39,206 bases of DNA from a virus. Taxonomy: Duplodnaviria > Caudoviricetes. Positions 14,015 to 23,194 of this stretch are shown one piece after another (the first letter of the stretch is position 1; each line of letters begins with the position of its first letter). The notes under the pieces are model-generated. The model saw nothing but the letters and a program-made list of their open reading frames with translations. It ran no database searches and was not told the DNA's origin. The stretch lies in the IMG/VR virus record IMGVR_UViG_3300037755_000165, positions 1 through 39,206 of that record; one strand, given 5' to 3'. Made by a program: the position numbers and the translations under genes.

Positions 14015-15644
14015 TAACGTCGGCAGTCTCAACGACGACCAGCTGCGCGAGTTGCTGGCCTCTACCCTTTCCATCGTCGAGGAAGACCGTAAGCAATCGC
14101 AGTTGAGATTTTATCGGCCGGTTTCCACGAAGTCTCAGCAGTTCCACGACTCCAATGGCCGGGTTGTCGCTGCCGGCGGCGGAAACGGCTCTGCCAAGAC
14201 GGAGACGATGCTGGTCGAAGTCGTGATGTGCGCTACCGGCATATTCCCGGACTCCCAGAAGCATCTCATTGACCAGAAGTTCCGCGGTCCGATTCAGTGC
14301 CGGGTGACGGTCGAATCCCTCACCACGACCCTGGACCCGATCATCCTGCCGAAGCTCCAATACTTCAAATGGTCAGGGACCGACAGACCTGGAGGGGCTA
14401 GGGGTCACTGGGGCTGGGTGCCGAAGAACTGCCTGATCGACGGGGAGTGGGACCGCAGCTACTCGAACAAGCTGCGGATTCTGCGGGTGCTGTGCCGAGA
14501 TCCGCACAACCCGGAGAAGATTCTGGGGGAGTCAACCATCCAGTTCATGTCGCTGGACCAGGACTCAACCGACTTCGCTTCCGGCGACTTTCACATCTGC
14601 GCGCATGACGAACCGCCGAGTTTGGCGATCTGGCGGGAGAACGAAGCCAGGACGATGCGCGTGGACGGCCGGATGCTGCTGGCGATGACGTGGCCGGATG
14701 ATCCGAGCATTGCGGTGGACTGGCTCTACGACGAAATCTACGAGCCCGGGCGTTCAGGCAACGACCCGACGATCACCTGGATCGAGCTCTGGACCACGGA
14801 AAACCCGCACCTGAAGCAAGAGGCTGTGTCAGCACAGGCCGAGAAGTGGTCAACAGAGATCACGAACGTCAGGATCTACGGCAGGCCGATTAGGTTCTCT
14901 AACAGGATTCACCCCGACTTCACGCACGACACTAAGACGTGGTGCTTTGCCTGCGGGAAGTCGGTTGTCAAGGTCACGAGTCCGAAACCCTCCTGCGGCA
15001 TCTGCGGGAACGAGAATGTTGTGGACTACAACCACGTCGAGGACTTTGCTCACTCGAATACGTGGCCGGTTGTGTACTTGCTGGACCCTCACCCTCGCAA
15101 GCCGCACTACATGATCTGGGTGCAGGTTGACCCGAACGATGACTGGTGGTTGCTCGCCGACAAGCAGGTAGAGGGCGACTGCGTGGAAACCCGGGATGCC
15201 GTGTTCAAGTTGGAGAAGGAAATGGGCCTGTTCGTCGCGCAGCGATGGCTCGATCCGAACATGGGCGCCAGTCCGTCCGGTCAGAAGCGGGAAGTCACCT
15301 GGCAGGACGAGTTCAACACTGCCGGCCTGAAGTGCGACCTTGCCAGCGATACCGATGTTGGCCGCTCCAGGATCAACCAGTACATGAAGCCGGACAAGGA
15401 CACGCTGCGCCCGCGGATCAAGATTCACCAGCGCTGCAAGGACACGATCTACCAACTGGAGCGGTATTCGTGGGCCGACTTCTCGAAGAACGTGGACCGC
15501 GGAATGAAGCAGGTTCCGAAGGACAAGTACGACGATGGCCCGACGTTGCTCAAGTACCTCGCCAACTCGGACCCAGTATTCCGATTCTTGAAGCAGGGCG
15601 CTCCGGTGCTGAAGCGTGCCGGGCGTAGAACAGGGAGCTACTAG
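13989..15644 (+). CDS. terL: Terminase large subunit
   Basis: Walker A GGNGSAKT, Walker B AHDEPP, coupling motif AMTW, RNase H-like LLDPH...KYDDGPTLLKY. Confidence 0.9.
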   Translation: MNLSELQPSNVGSLNDDQLRELLASTLSIVEEDRKQSQLRFYRPVSTKSQQFHDSNGRVVAAGGGNGSAKTETMLVEVVMCATGIFPDSQKHLIDQKFRGPIQCRVTVESLTTTLDPIILPKLQYFKWSGTDRPGGARGHWGWVPKNCLIDGEWDRSYSNKLRILRVLCRDPHNPEKILGESTIQFMSLDQDSTDFASGDFHICAHDEPPSLAIWRENEARTMRVDGRMLLAMTWPDDPSIAVDWLYDEIYEPGRSGNDPTITWIELWTTENPHLKQEAVSAQAEKWSTEITNVRIYGRPIRFSNRIHPDFTHDTKTWCFACGKSVVKVTSPKPSCGICGNENVVDYNHVEDFAHSNTWPVVYLLDPHPRKPHYMIWVQVDPNDDWWLLADKQVEGDCVETRDAVFKLEKEMGLFVAQRWLDPNMGASPSGQKREVTWQDEFNTAGLKCDLASDTDVGRSRINQYMKPDKDTLRPRIKIHQRCKDTIYQLERYSWADFSKNVDRGMKQVPKDKYDDGPTLLKYLANSDPVFRFLKQGAPVLKRAGRRTGSY

Positions 15645-15875
15645 ATGGCCGCTTCATTCACCTGCGACGGTTGCAGCCTGATCGTGGACAAGCCGGTGAA
15701 GGTCGGCTTCGTGATTCCGAGGGAATACTGCCAGAAGTGCGCGGCGAAGGCGAAAGCCTTTCTCGATGCCGAGGAAGCCGAGCGCATGGCTTTGAGCAGT
15801 GTGTTCGCTGGCAAGCGCGAGAAGCTGATCGCGCAGTACGGCGCCGACAATTTCCTCCTGCCGGACGTTCCATGA
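15645..15875 (+). CDS. Small zinc-ribbon protein
   Basis: CDGC...CQKC. Confidence 0.65.
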   Translation: MAASFTCDGCSLIVDKPVKVGFVIPREYCQKCAAKAKAFLDAEEAERMALSSVFAGKREKLIAQYGADNFLLPDVP

Positions 15876-16048
15876 TCGAGCGCGAAGCCGTAGTGTGGTG
15901 CCCATCGTGCAAGGCGGACAAGTACGAGATTCGCCGCATTCCCACTGGGCAGGAGGGCGTATTCCGGCACGTCACGTTTCCTGAATCTATCCCGGCCGAA
16001 GCAAAGAAGTTCTGCATGTGCGGCGCGGTGCTGGAAAGGAAACCATGA
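15872..16048 (+). CDS. Small zinc-ribbon protein
   Basis: ATGA-coupled; CPSC...CMCG. Confidence 0.6.
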   Translation: MIEREAVVWCPSCKADKYEIRRIPTGQEGVFRHVTFPESIPAEAKKFCMCGAVLERKP

Positions 16049-16416
16049 AGCCCTACAAGATCGGCGGACTGTGTTCGATTTGCGAAGCGCCGTGCTTCGA
16101 GATTATGGCGGTCTGGGATGCTGGCGAGAAGAACGAGGGCGAGCCGAAGCGCATGGGGCCACCGATGAACGATTCGGTACGGGTGACGTTCCTGCTATTC
16201 GATGGGCGCCGGACGGACATGACGGTGTGCGGTGCTTGCGCTGGAAGCCTTGACCCGCAGTGGTACGCGCTCCTATGGAGAAAGAACCTCGCCGGGTACA
16301 TGCGCGAGCAGGACGGGAACTCGGAGAAGTTCAAGCACCAGTTTCAGAATGGCATCCTGTGTGAATTGAGACGTACAACCTGGGAAGACCTTGTGGAGAT
16401 GAATCGTGGCCGCTAA
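16045..16416 (+). CDS. Zinc-finger protein
   Basis: ATGA-coupled; CSIC...CGAC. Confidence 0.65.
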   Translation: MKPYKIGGLCSICEAPCFEIMAVWDAGEKNEGEPKRMGPPMNDSVRVTFLLFDGRRTDMTVCGACAGSLDPQWYALLWRKNLAGYMREQDGNSEKFKHQFQNGILCELRRTTWEDLVEMNRGR

Positions 16417-18781
16417 CCCCCAAATGATCGAAGGCTTGAAGGTGCGGCGTGAGCGTCCGCGAGTGGAGTCTTTTGCGAGGCTGGACAAGAAAGCCATCTT
16501 CCAGCGCATCAAGACGTTCTACGACGATGACAACCAGAACCGGACTTCTGAGATCGACGCAAGGCTGCAGCGCTACGCCAAGTACCGCATGTGGACGGAG
16601 CCGAAGGATTGGCCGTGGGAGGGAAGTACCAATTTTGCCAACCCGGACATGATGACGGCGAGCATGCGGCTGCAGGACACGCTGCACAACGCCGTTATGT
16701 CTTCTCGTCCCCCGGTGATGGCGAAGGCGACGAAGAAGCACGACGCAGACAAGGCGGAGAAGGTTGACCACCTGATCGACTATCAGATGTTCGTTGAGCA
16801 GCCAGGGGAGGAGACAGTCGGCATCCTCGCCCATGACTTCGTGAACGAAGGCTTCTTCACTGCCTACGTTCCGTGGGTCAAGGAAAGCCGCCAAGTGATC
16901 GACGTGATGGTGCTGGGGCCGCTGAATCCACAGTTACCGCCGGTCGAGGGTTTCGTTCAATTCCTGCAAGGTACGTTCCCGAAAGCTGAGTTGATCCCGA
17001 GCAAGGAAGGCTGGGACTTCGAGATCCGCGAGGAGAAGAAGAAGCACCGGGCTTCATTCTTCACCCGTCCTGACGGCGATGTTGAAGTCGAGATCGAGCG
17101 CGAGGCTATCCGCTTCGAGGGTCCGCGGGTCATTCCGAAGGACGTTCAGGACGTGCTGCATCCGGCGCGGTGCGAGAATCTGCAGATTCCAGGCCCCTCG
17201 AATCCGATGGGGGCTTCGCACGTCATTCTCCGGGATTTCCCGAGCATCGACGAGATCAAGCGATTGGCGAAGGGCGACCATCCGTTCTACGACATGCCGG
17301 CGCAGGATGACTTGGACAAACTGGGCATCAAGCGCATGGACGAGACGTACCAGGAACGCGCCCAGCAAAAAGACATCATGCAGGGGGTCACTGACCAGCA
17401 GGACAAGCCGAAGACCGCCGAATCGCACAAGCAGCTAACCCGGCTGATGGTGTTCGACTGCTACGACATCGACGGCGACGGAGTAGACGAGGACGTGATC
17501 TGGTGGGTGATCCTGGAGACGGAAACTCTGCTCCGGGCTCGTTACCTGACGCAGATGTTCCCCTCAAACCCACCAATCCGGCCGCTTGCCGAGGCGCACC
17601 TTTTTCCGGTTCCTGGGCGCCGGTACTCCATCGGGCTCTTGGAAATGATGGAAGGCGTCCACGACTTGCAGAAGCAGTTCTTCGACCAGGGTGGGGATGC
17701 AGGGACGATTGCCAACGCTCCGTTCGGGTTCTACCGAGCAACCTCGAACATGCGGCCTGAAGTCATCCGCTTGTGGCCTGGGGAGATGTACCCGCTGAAC
17801 GACCCGAAGAACGATGTCAGTTTCCCGTCACTCGGCAACCAGAACCAATCCTTCATGTTCAACATGGTGGGGCTGCTTCAGCAGATGGAGGAGCGGCTGA
17901 CGACTATTGGGGAGCTACAACTGGGCCGGGTTCCCCACGGCAAGGCTTCAGCCCTTCGGACTGTATCCGGGATGCAGACCGTGCTTTCCCAAGGCGATGC
18001 GAGGCCGGAGAGGGTGTTGCGGCGCTTCTTCATCGGGCTCACGCAGATTTGGAAGATTTGCCACACGCTCAACCAGGCGTTCCTGCCGAAGAACAAGCAG
18101 TACATGATCGGCGGCTACGTGGAGCCCGGGAAGGACCCCTACGGCGTCATTGAGGGACCGCAGAAGATCCAAGGCTCGTTCATGTTCGACTTCTCGGCCA
18201 ATGCCCTCAATACGAGCAAGGAAGCGCTCCAGATGGCCCTGCAGGACTTGATGGGGGTCTACGTGAGCGAACTGGCAATCACGTTGGGGATCATCAAGCC
18301 GGACGGGGTTTACAGGCTGTTCCGGGACTACGGGAAGGCCAAGGGACCGGACCCGGACAAGTACCTCTCCCCGCCGAGCCCGATGGCATGGCAGCCGCCT
18401 ATCTTCGTCGAGGAAGCCTTGGCGATGATGTTCGACGGACAGATTCCTCAGGGCTCTCCAGCGGAAGGGGCTCAGGGACATCTGCAGAAGCTCCTTGAGT
18501 TCACTAAGGCGGACGAGTTCGGGATGATGCCGACGCAGTACGTGGCGACCGTGTTCAAGCCATACGTTGAGCGGGTAGCGCAGCTGGCACAGCAGGAAGC
18601 CCTGCAGGCGCAGTTGATGCAGGCAGCCCAGCAGTTCGGCCCGAGGGTCCAGCAACCCGGGAAGTCAGGGCCGGCTGCAGGACCGCAGGCACCGGGCGGT
18701 ATGCCTATGCTGCAGGGCTCCGAGATGATGGATGAGTCGCTTCCTGGCGCTGGCGGTGGGGCTAACACGGTGGCCGCATGA
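16406..18781 (+). CDS. Portal protein (podovirus type)
   Basis: 791 aa, follows TerL; PWEGSTNF, YSIGLLEMM, LWPGEMYP and RTVSGMQTVL segments plus a Gln-rich tail. Confidence 0.85.
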   Translation: MAANPQMIEGLKVRRERPRVESFARLDKKAIFQRIKTFYDDDNQNRTSEIDARLQRYAKYRMWTEPKDWPWEGSTNFANPDMMTASMRLQDTLHNAVMSSRPPVMAKATKKHDADKAEKVDHLIDYQMFVEQPGEETVGILAHDFVNEGFFTAYVPWVKESRQVIDVMVLGPLNPQLPPVEGFVQFLQGTFPKAELIPSKEGWDFEIREEKKKHRASFFTRPDGDVEVEIEREAIRFEGPRVIPKDVQDVLHPARCENLQIPGPSNPMGASHVILRDFPSIDEIKRLAKGDHPFYDMPAQDDLDKLGIKRMDETYQERAQQKDIMQGVTDQQDKPKTAESHKQLTRLMVFDCYDIDGDGVDEDVIWWVILETETLLRARYLTQMFPSNPPIRPLAEAHLFPVPGRRYSIGLLEMMEGVHDLQKQFFDQGGDAGTIANAPFGFYRATSNMRPEVIRLWPGEMYPLNDPKNDVSFPSLGNQNQSFMFNMVGLLQQMEERLTTIGELQLGRVPHGKASALRTVSGMQTVLSQGDARPERVLRRFFIGLTQIWKICHTLNQAFLPKNKQYMIGGYVEPGKDPYGVIEGPQKIQGSFMFDFSANALNTSKEALQMALQDLMGVYVSELAITLGIIKPDGVYRLFRDYGKAKGPDPDKYLSPPSPMAWQPPIFVEEALAMMFDGQIPQGSPAEGAQGHLQKLLEFTKADEFGMMPTQYVATVFKPYVERVAQLAQQEALQAQLMQAAQQFGPRVQQPGKSGPAAGPQAPGGMPMLQGSEMMDESLPGAGGGANTVAA

Positions 18782-19185
18782 TTACTGACCGGAAGGAGTT
18801 TTCAGAGACGCTGCAGAAGCGCCACACCGAGCAGCAAGCCCGGATCTTGCCGATGGCCCGGTTGCTGGCTGGTGCTGCCCCGGTCATGGACAAGCTATCT
18901 AGGACCGAGGAGTGGACCCGGTACTGCACCTACCTGCAGGGCATGTCCGAGCAGTTCGCCGGCCGCAAGCAGGTAGCGCTGCAGAAACTCGGCGACCCTT
19001 CAATCACGAAGGACGAGGACATCAGGAAGCTCCGGCAGGACGTGTTCATTGCAGACATCAGCATGGACACCTTGAAGCTAGCGATCGAGCTCCCCGCGGC
19101 GATCCTTGCAGGAGGGAAAGAGGCCGACGAGTTCATTCGCAATCTAGAGAGGAAGAATGAGGCTGCCAGCAATACACAGTCATAA
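18778..19185 (+). CDS. Hypothetical helical protein following the portal
   Basis: ATGA coupling; typical position in podovirus head modules. Confidence 0.65.
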   Translation: MITDRKEFSETLQKRHTEQQARILPMARLLAGAAPVMDKLSRTEEWTRYCTYLQGMSEQFAGRKQVALQKLGDPSITKDEDIRKLRQDVFIADISMDTLKLAIELPAAILAGGKEADEFIRNLERKNEAASNTQS

Positions 19186-19612
19186 CGCTAATGATGGGCG
19201 GATGTTGGCGCGCGAGAGAATGTCGCCGGATGAATTCAAGGCGAATGCTCGTAAATTTGCGCGATTTCAAGCACAGGCCAGAGAGAATCCGACGCAAGCC
19301 GAATTAGCGGTTAAAGCGGCCCTTGATAGGTTGCACGTCAAATACGTTTTCCAAAAGGGCTTTCTGCGTGACCGGACGCTTCGGCTTGTCGATTTCTATT
19401 TCCCGAGTCCACTCATGGTTTGCCTAGAGGTCGATGGTGGATACCACGAGAATCAGCGTGGCTACGATGCATATCGAGAGTCACGGATTGCAAAGCAAAG
19501 GAAAAACAAACTCTCATTCGTGCGAGTGACAAATGATTGGGTGTTTGCACAAAACGACCTACCTACCGCCTTGGAGCGTCTTCTTGAAACTACCAGACAA
19601 ACTCACTCGTAG
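19157..19612 (+). CDS. DUF559/Vsr-like endonuclease (probable free-standing homing endonuclease)
   Basis: NPTQAE...FQK...VDFY...CLEVDGGYH......D..R motifs; visibly AT-richer than its neighbours. Confidence 0.8.
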   Translation: MRLPAIHSHNANDGRMLARERMSPDEFKANARKFARFQAQARENPTQAELAVKAALDRLHVKYVFQKGFLRDRTLRLVDFYFPSPLMVCLEVDGGYHENQRGYDAYRESRIAKQRKNKLSFVRVTNDWVFAQNDLPTALERLLETTRQTHS

Positions 19613-19859
19613 AGCGGTCAAGCAGTTCTTCGAGAAAATCCCGGAAGCCAAGTGGGAATACTGGTTCCGGCATGAGAAGGAGAACGGTCTGTTCGAATTG
19701 CGGGTCAAGGGCCCATTCGAGAAGGCGTACTACAACAGCGAAGGCGTCAAGGAATGGTTGCTGACTGAAGGACACTATTCACCTTCAGATTTCATTGCTG
19801 CCCCAGATGCTGGTGGCTGGGTAGGTCCAGTCACTCGCAGGCACGCAATGGCTGCATAG
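19584..19859 (+). CDS. Hypothetical protein, possible winged-HTH
   Basis: TTG start with GGAG RBS (19573); MKLPDKLTRRAVKQFF...AYYNSEGVKEWL. Confidence 0.55.
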   Translation: MKLPDKLTRRAVKQFFEKIPEAKWEYWFRHEKENGLFELRVKGPFEKAYYNSEGVKEWLLTEGHYSPSDFIAAPDAGGWVGPVTRRHAMAA

Positions 19860-19973
19860 CACACCGCTAGAAATCCCTGCAAAAACCGCGTCTTGCCATT
19901 GTGGGCAATAGGTTTGTCCGCAACGGTCGTATTTGGCTGGCCGACGCAGCCCGTGAACGAGGACGTAAGCTCG

Positions 19974-20795
19974 ATGACTGGAAAAGCTGGCGCTGGAGCC
20001 GGAGAAGATTCCGGCCAGGCAGGAAGTGGCGCTCCTGCAGGTGGATCATCGGAAGATGGTTCGGAGAACGACGACAAGCCGATTACGGCAAAGCAACTCA
20101 AGGCGGCGCTGGAAAGTCAGAAGCGCCACTACGAGGGGCAATTAGCCGGTCAGCGAGCAGAGTTCGAGTCCTTCAAGGAAGGCGTCGGCAAGAGCCAACC
20201 TGCTAAGGGCGCCGAGCCCAAGCGATACACGCGGCAGGATTTGAAGGCTGCGGTGGACGCAGGGCAGATCAGCCAGGAACAGGCAGATGATGTCTGGTCC
20301 ACGCAGGTCGGAAACGACGCCGTAGAGAGGGCTACGAAGGCCGCAACCGACGCCGTTTCTCAGCGAGCGACCAAGGAGCGCATCGACACCGACATCAGTT
20401 CGTACAAGCGGCTCAAGCCCGAGATCATGGAAAACGGGTCGGAAGTCCGGGAGAAAGTCCGAGAGGAATACAACTACCTTGTTGGCCTCGGAGCTCCGGG
20501 AAACACGGCAACCGAACTAGCAGCGATCCGGGCAGTGCTGGGCCCACTGGAAAAGCTCGAGAAATCATCCGGCGCAAGGCGCGCAGAAGATCACGACCAG
20601 CAAGGCGGGTCGGACACTGGCGGCAAGCCAAGAGGCGGATCGAGCAAGAAACTGGTGGACCACCTTGATGCAAGGGCGAAAGAGCACTACGACAAAGGCA
20701 TCAAGCAGGGCCGCTACAAGGACTGGACGGAAGTCGAAGCGGAGTTGAAGTTCGCAACTCCTGCGCGCCGTGCTCAGATGGGCTTACCCGTTTGA
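19974..20795 (+). CDS. Capsid scaffolding protein
   Basis: Disordered acidic N-terminus and coiled coil; lies between portal and capsid; GAGGA RBS. Confidence 0.7.
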   Translation: MTGKAGAGAGEDSGQAGSGAPAGGSSEDGSENDDKPITAKQLKAALESQKRHYEGQLAGQRAEFESFKEGVGKSQPAKGAEPKRYTRQDLKAAVDAGQISQEQADDVWSTQVGNDAVERATKAATDAVSQRATKERIDTDISSYKRLKPEIMENGSEVREKVREEYNYLVGLGAPGNTATELAAIRAVLGPLEKLEKSSGARRAEDHDQQGGSDTGGKPRGGSSKKLVDHLDARAKEHYDKGIKQGRYKDWTEVEAELKFATPARRAQMGLPV

Positions 20796-20849
20796 GTCGT
20801 TCTCCAAACCATCTGCCGGTATCCGATTCCAGTCACAAGGGATAGGCCG

Positions 20850-21206
20850 GTGGAGATCATCGTTCCAGGCAGTTATACCCCGCAGGACATACAGCGGGCG
20901 CATGTGAAAAGCCTGGAGTTCAGGCGCAACCCGTACACGACGGGCTCTGCAAACCTGGACAACATGATCGCACTGCAGAAAGCAGTTCTCCTTTGTGACA
21001 CGCACGTTCGCAAGTTCAACGCCAAGGCTGCCAAGTATCGGCGGCACCCGACGAAGAACCTGCAGCGCGTGCGAGGAAATTGCGAAGTGTGCAGAGAGTT
21101 CACGTTGACGCACTTGTTCATTTGCGAGCGGGACGCCCATGAAGAACAGGCGAAGCTAGACAAGTGGCGGCGCGGCATCGAGTACTCGCACTTCGTAAGG
21201 CAATAG
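20850..21206 (+). CDS. Hypothetical protein (CxxH/CxxC)
   Basis: LCDTH...CEVC...ICE. Confidence 0.6.
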   Translation: MEIIVPGSYTPQDIQRAHVKSLEFRRNPYTTGSANLDNMIALQKAVLLCDTHVRKFNAKAAKYRRHPTKNLQRVRGNCEVCREFTLTHLFICERDAHEEQAKLDKWRRGIEYSHFVRQ

Positions 21207-21215
21207 GAGCGACAC

Positions 21216-21944
21216 ATGGAGTACGCATACGACCTGGCTGGCGGATCAACCGCCGTCATCAAGAAGTATCAGGTCGCCGCGACCAATACGACCGCACTCG
21301 GGAAGCCGTACCTGGTCCCGGTGTCGAACGGTACTGGTCTGGTGACTTCCACCACGACGGGAGCAGCCAAGGCAGTCGGCGTCAACGTCGATCTACCTGG
21401 TACTTACGTCACGGCGCAGCAATCCGACAACTCGGACACGGAACGGCTGACGAGCATCATTCTCAGCCCGCTTGCCGTCTACCGGATGCTCATGTCCGGC
21501 GGGGCGACCGAAGGGACTGCCCTGCAAATCTTCACCGCGGAATCCGGCGGCTCGGATGGCCTGACGGTGGTGATGGACGACAGCGTTGCCAGCCCTCAGA
21601 TGGACGAGGGCACGCTGTTCGGCTACAGCGGCACGAACCTCGGGGTTTCGAAGAAGATCACTTCCACTTCGACCACGACCGCCACGGTCATTGTGGCCCT
21701 CCCTCGGGATGCGGTTGCCGGGGACGAGTTCCTGATCGCGCCGTACAACCCCCTCCAGGGGATCACGCTGCAACTGACGACCCTGCTTACCCAAGCGGAT
21801 GCGTCGATTGCGGTCGGAACTGGTGCGGCCTTCAAGACCATCGAACTCGAATTCAGAGACAAGAGCGCCGAAGGCAGAAGCAACAGCTACGTGTACGCGA
21901 TGCTTGCGAACCACGTCCTGACCGCCACTCTGGCCGACAGCTAA
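21216..21944 (+). CDS. Putative capsid decoration/cement protein
   Basis: Thr/Ala/Gly-rich beta protein directly before the capsid gene; AGGAG RBS. Confidence 0.55.
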   Translation: MEYAYDLAGGSTAVIKKYQVAATNTTALGKPYLVPVSNGTGLVTSTTTGAAKAVGVNVDLPGTYVTAQQSDNSDTERLTSIILSPLAVYRMLMSGGATEGTALQIFTAESGGSDGLTVVMDDSVASPQMDEGTLFGYSGTNLGVSKKITSTSTTTATVIVALPRDAVAGDEFLIAPYNPLQGITLQLTTLLTQADASIAVGTGAAFKTIELEFRDKSAEGRSNSYVYAMLANHVLTATLADS

Positions 21945-21966
21945 CCCGGGAACCTAGGAGACCAAC

Positions 21967-22884
21967 ATGGCAACCCCAATGCAATCAGCGCAGTTCGGGG
22001 ATCTTCTGGACCCGAGGTTCACGAAGATTTTCCACGAGGAGAAGGACGCAGTTCCGTCGATGATCGGGGACATCTACACGATGGTCCCGCACAACGGCCG
22101 GCAGAACATGACCTGGAGCGAGGTCGGAACGCTGCCGGACTGGTCGGAATTCACCGGAACGATTCCGTTCAACAGCCTGAACCAAGGCTACGACGTGACG
22201 ATGACGTTCGTGGAGTTTGCGAACGGCATCCAGGTCGAGCGGAAGCTGTTCGATGACGACCAGTATCAGATCATGGACCAGCGGCCGAGAGGGCTCGGGG
22301 CCTCGTATTCGAGGACCCGGGAGAAGCACGCCTTTCGCCTCTTCAACAACGCTTTCGGCGTGGATTCGTTCTTCTACGCGCACTCGGAAGGCGTTGCGCT
22401 GGCCTCCAACTCCCACACCACGACCTCCGGGGCTTCGACTGCTACGGGATTCGACAACCTGACCACGGCTTCACTGACGGCTACCGCTGTCGCTGCAGCC
22501 CGGATTCAGATGATCGACTTCCGCGGCGACCAAGCCGAGAAGATCGACGTGACTCCGGACGAGCTCTGGTATCCGCCGAACCTCTACGAGAACGCCTACG
22601 AGATCATGAAGGCGTCCGGGAAGGTCGATACCGCCAACAACAACCCGAACGTCCACCAGGGCCAGTACAAGGGCTATGAGTGCCGGTACTTCACCGACAC
22701 GAACAACTGGTTCATGTGCGATGGCCGCATGCGGAAGATGTACGTCTTCTGGGCTGATCGCGTGCCGGTCGAGTTTGCGATGGTCGAGGACTTCGACACG
22801 CTCGTTGCCAAGTGGCGCGGGTACAGCCGCTACGCCAACGTCTACACGAACTGGCGCTGGCTGCTCGGCTCCCAGGTGACGTGA
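21967..22884 (+). CDS. Major capsid protein (HK97 fold, Mu gpT-like)
   Basis: IQVERKLFDDDQY, RTREKHAFRLFNNAF, EGVALASNSH, PDELWYPPNL and YTNWR motifs; AGGAG RBS. Confidence 0.9.
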   Translation: MATPMQSAQFGDLLDPRFTKIFHEEKDAVPSMIGDIYTMVPHNGRQNMTWSEVGTLPDWSEFTGTIPFNSLNQGYDVTMTFVEFANGIQVERKLFDDDQYQIMDQRPRGLGASYSRTREKHAFRLFNNAFGVDSFFYAHSEGVALASNSHTTTSGASTATGFDNLTTASLTATAVAAARIQMIDFRGDQAEKIDVTPDELWYPPNLYENAYEIMKASGKVDTANNNPNVHQGQYKGYECRYFTDTNNWFMCDGRMRKMYVFWADRVPVEFAMVEDFDTLVAKWRGYSRYANVYTNWRWLLGSQVT

Positions 22885-22921
22885 TGGCCAGGCGCAAACG
22901 CGGTGGGAAGCGGAGGTACTG

Positions 22922-23140
22922 ATGCCGAATCCAAACTGGAACAACATGCACGGCGCCAATCGGAAAGGCACCGGGGGCCATAGCAACAAGGCTCCCGGCT
23001 CCAAGCCGAACGAGTCCATGCCGGAGAAGACCGCGGCATGGCCAGGGCTACCCGGCAAAGCTCAGGGAAAGGATCGCTCTGGCGGAACCGCGAAAGTGGG
23101 GCCGCTGGGGCCTTTTCATGTGAAGAAGGACGGCATTTAG
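22922..23140 (+). CDS. Small basic Gly/Pro-rich protein
   Basis: GGAGG RBS; disordered composition. Confidence 0.55.
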   Translation: MPNPNWNNMHGANRKGTGGHSNKAPGSKPNESMPEKTAAWPGLPGKAQGKDRSGGTAKVGPLGPFHVKKDGI

Positions 23141-23194
23141 TGGCAATGCCGAAAGGCAGCGCACTCCCGCGTCCACAGTAAAGGAGAAGCAATC

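Noticed and set aside
22882-22983. Stop-codon readthrough or frameshift extension of the major capsid protein
   Set aside because: Readthrough adds only ~32 unremarkable residues and no slippery heptamer is evident; coupled micro-ORFs explain the layout better.
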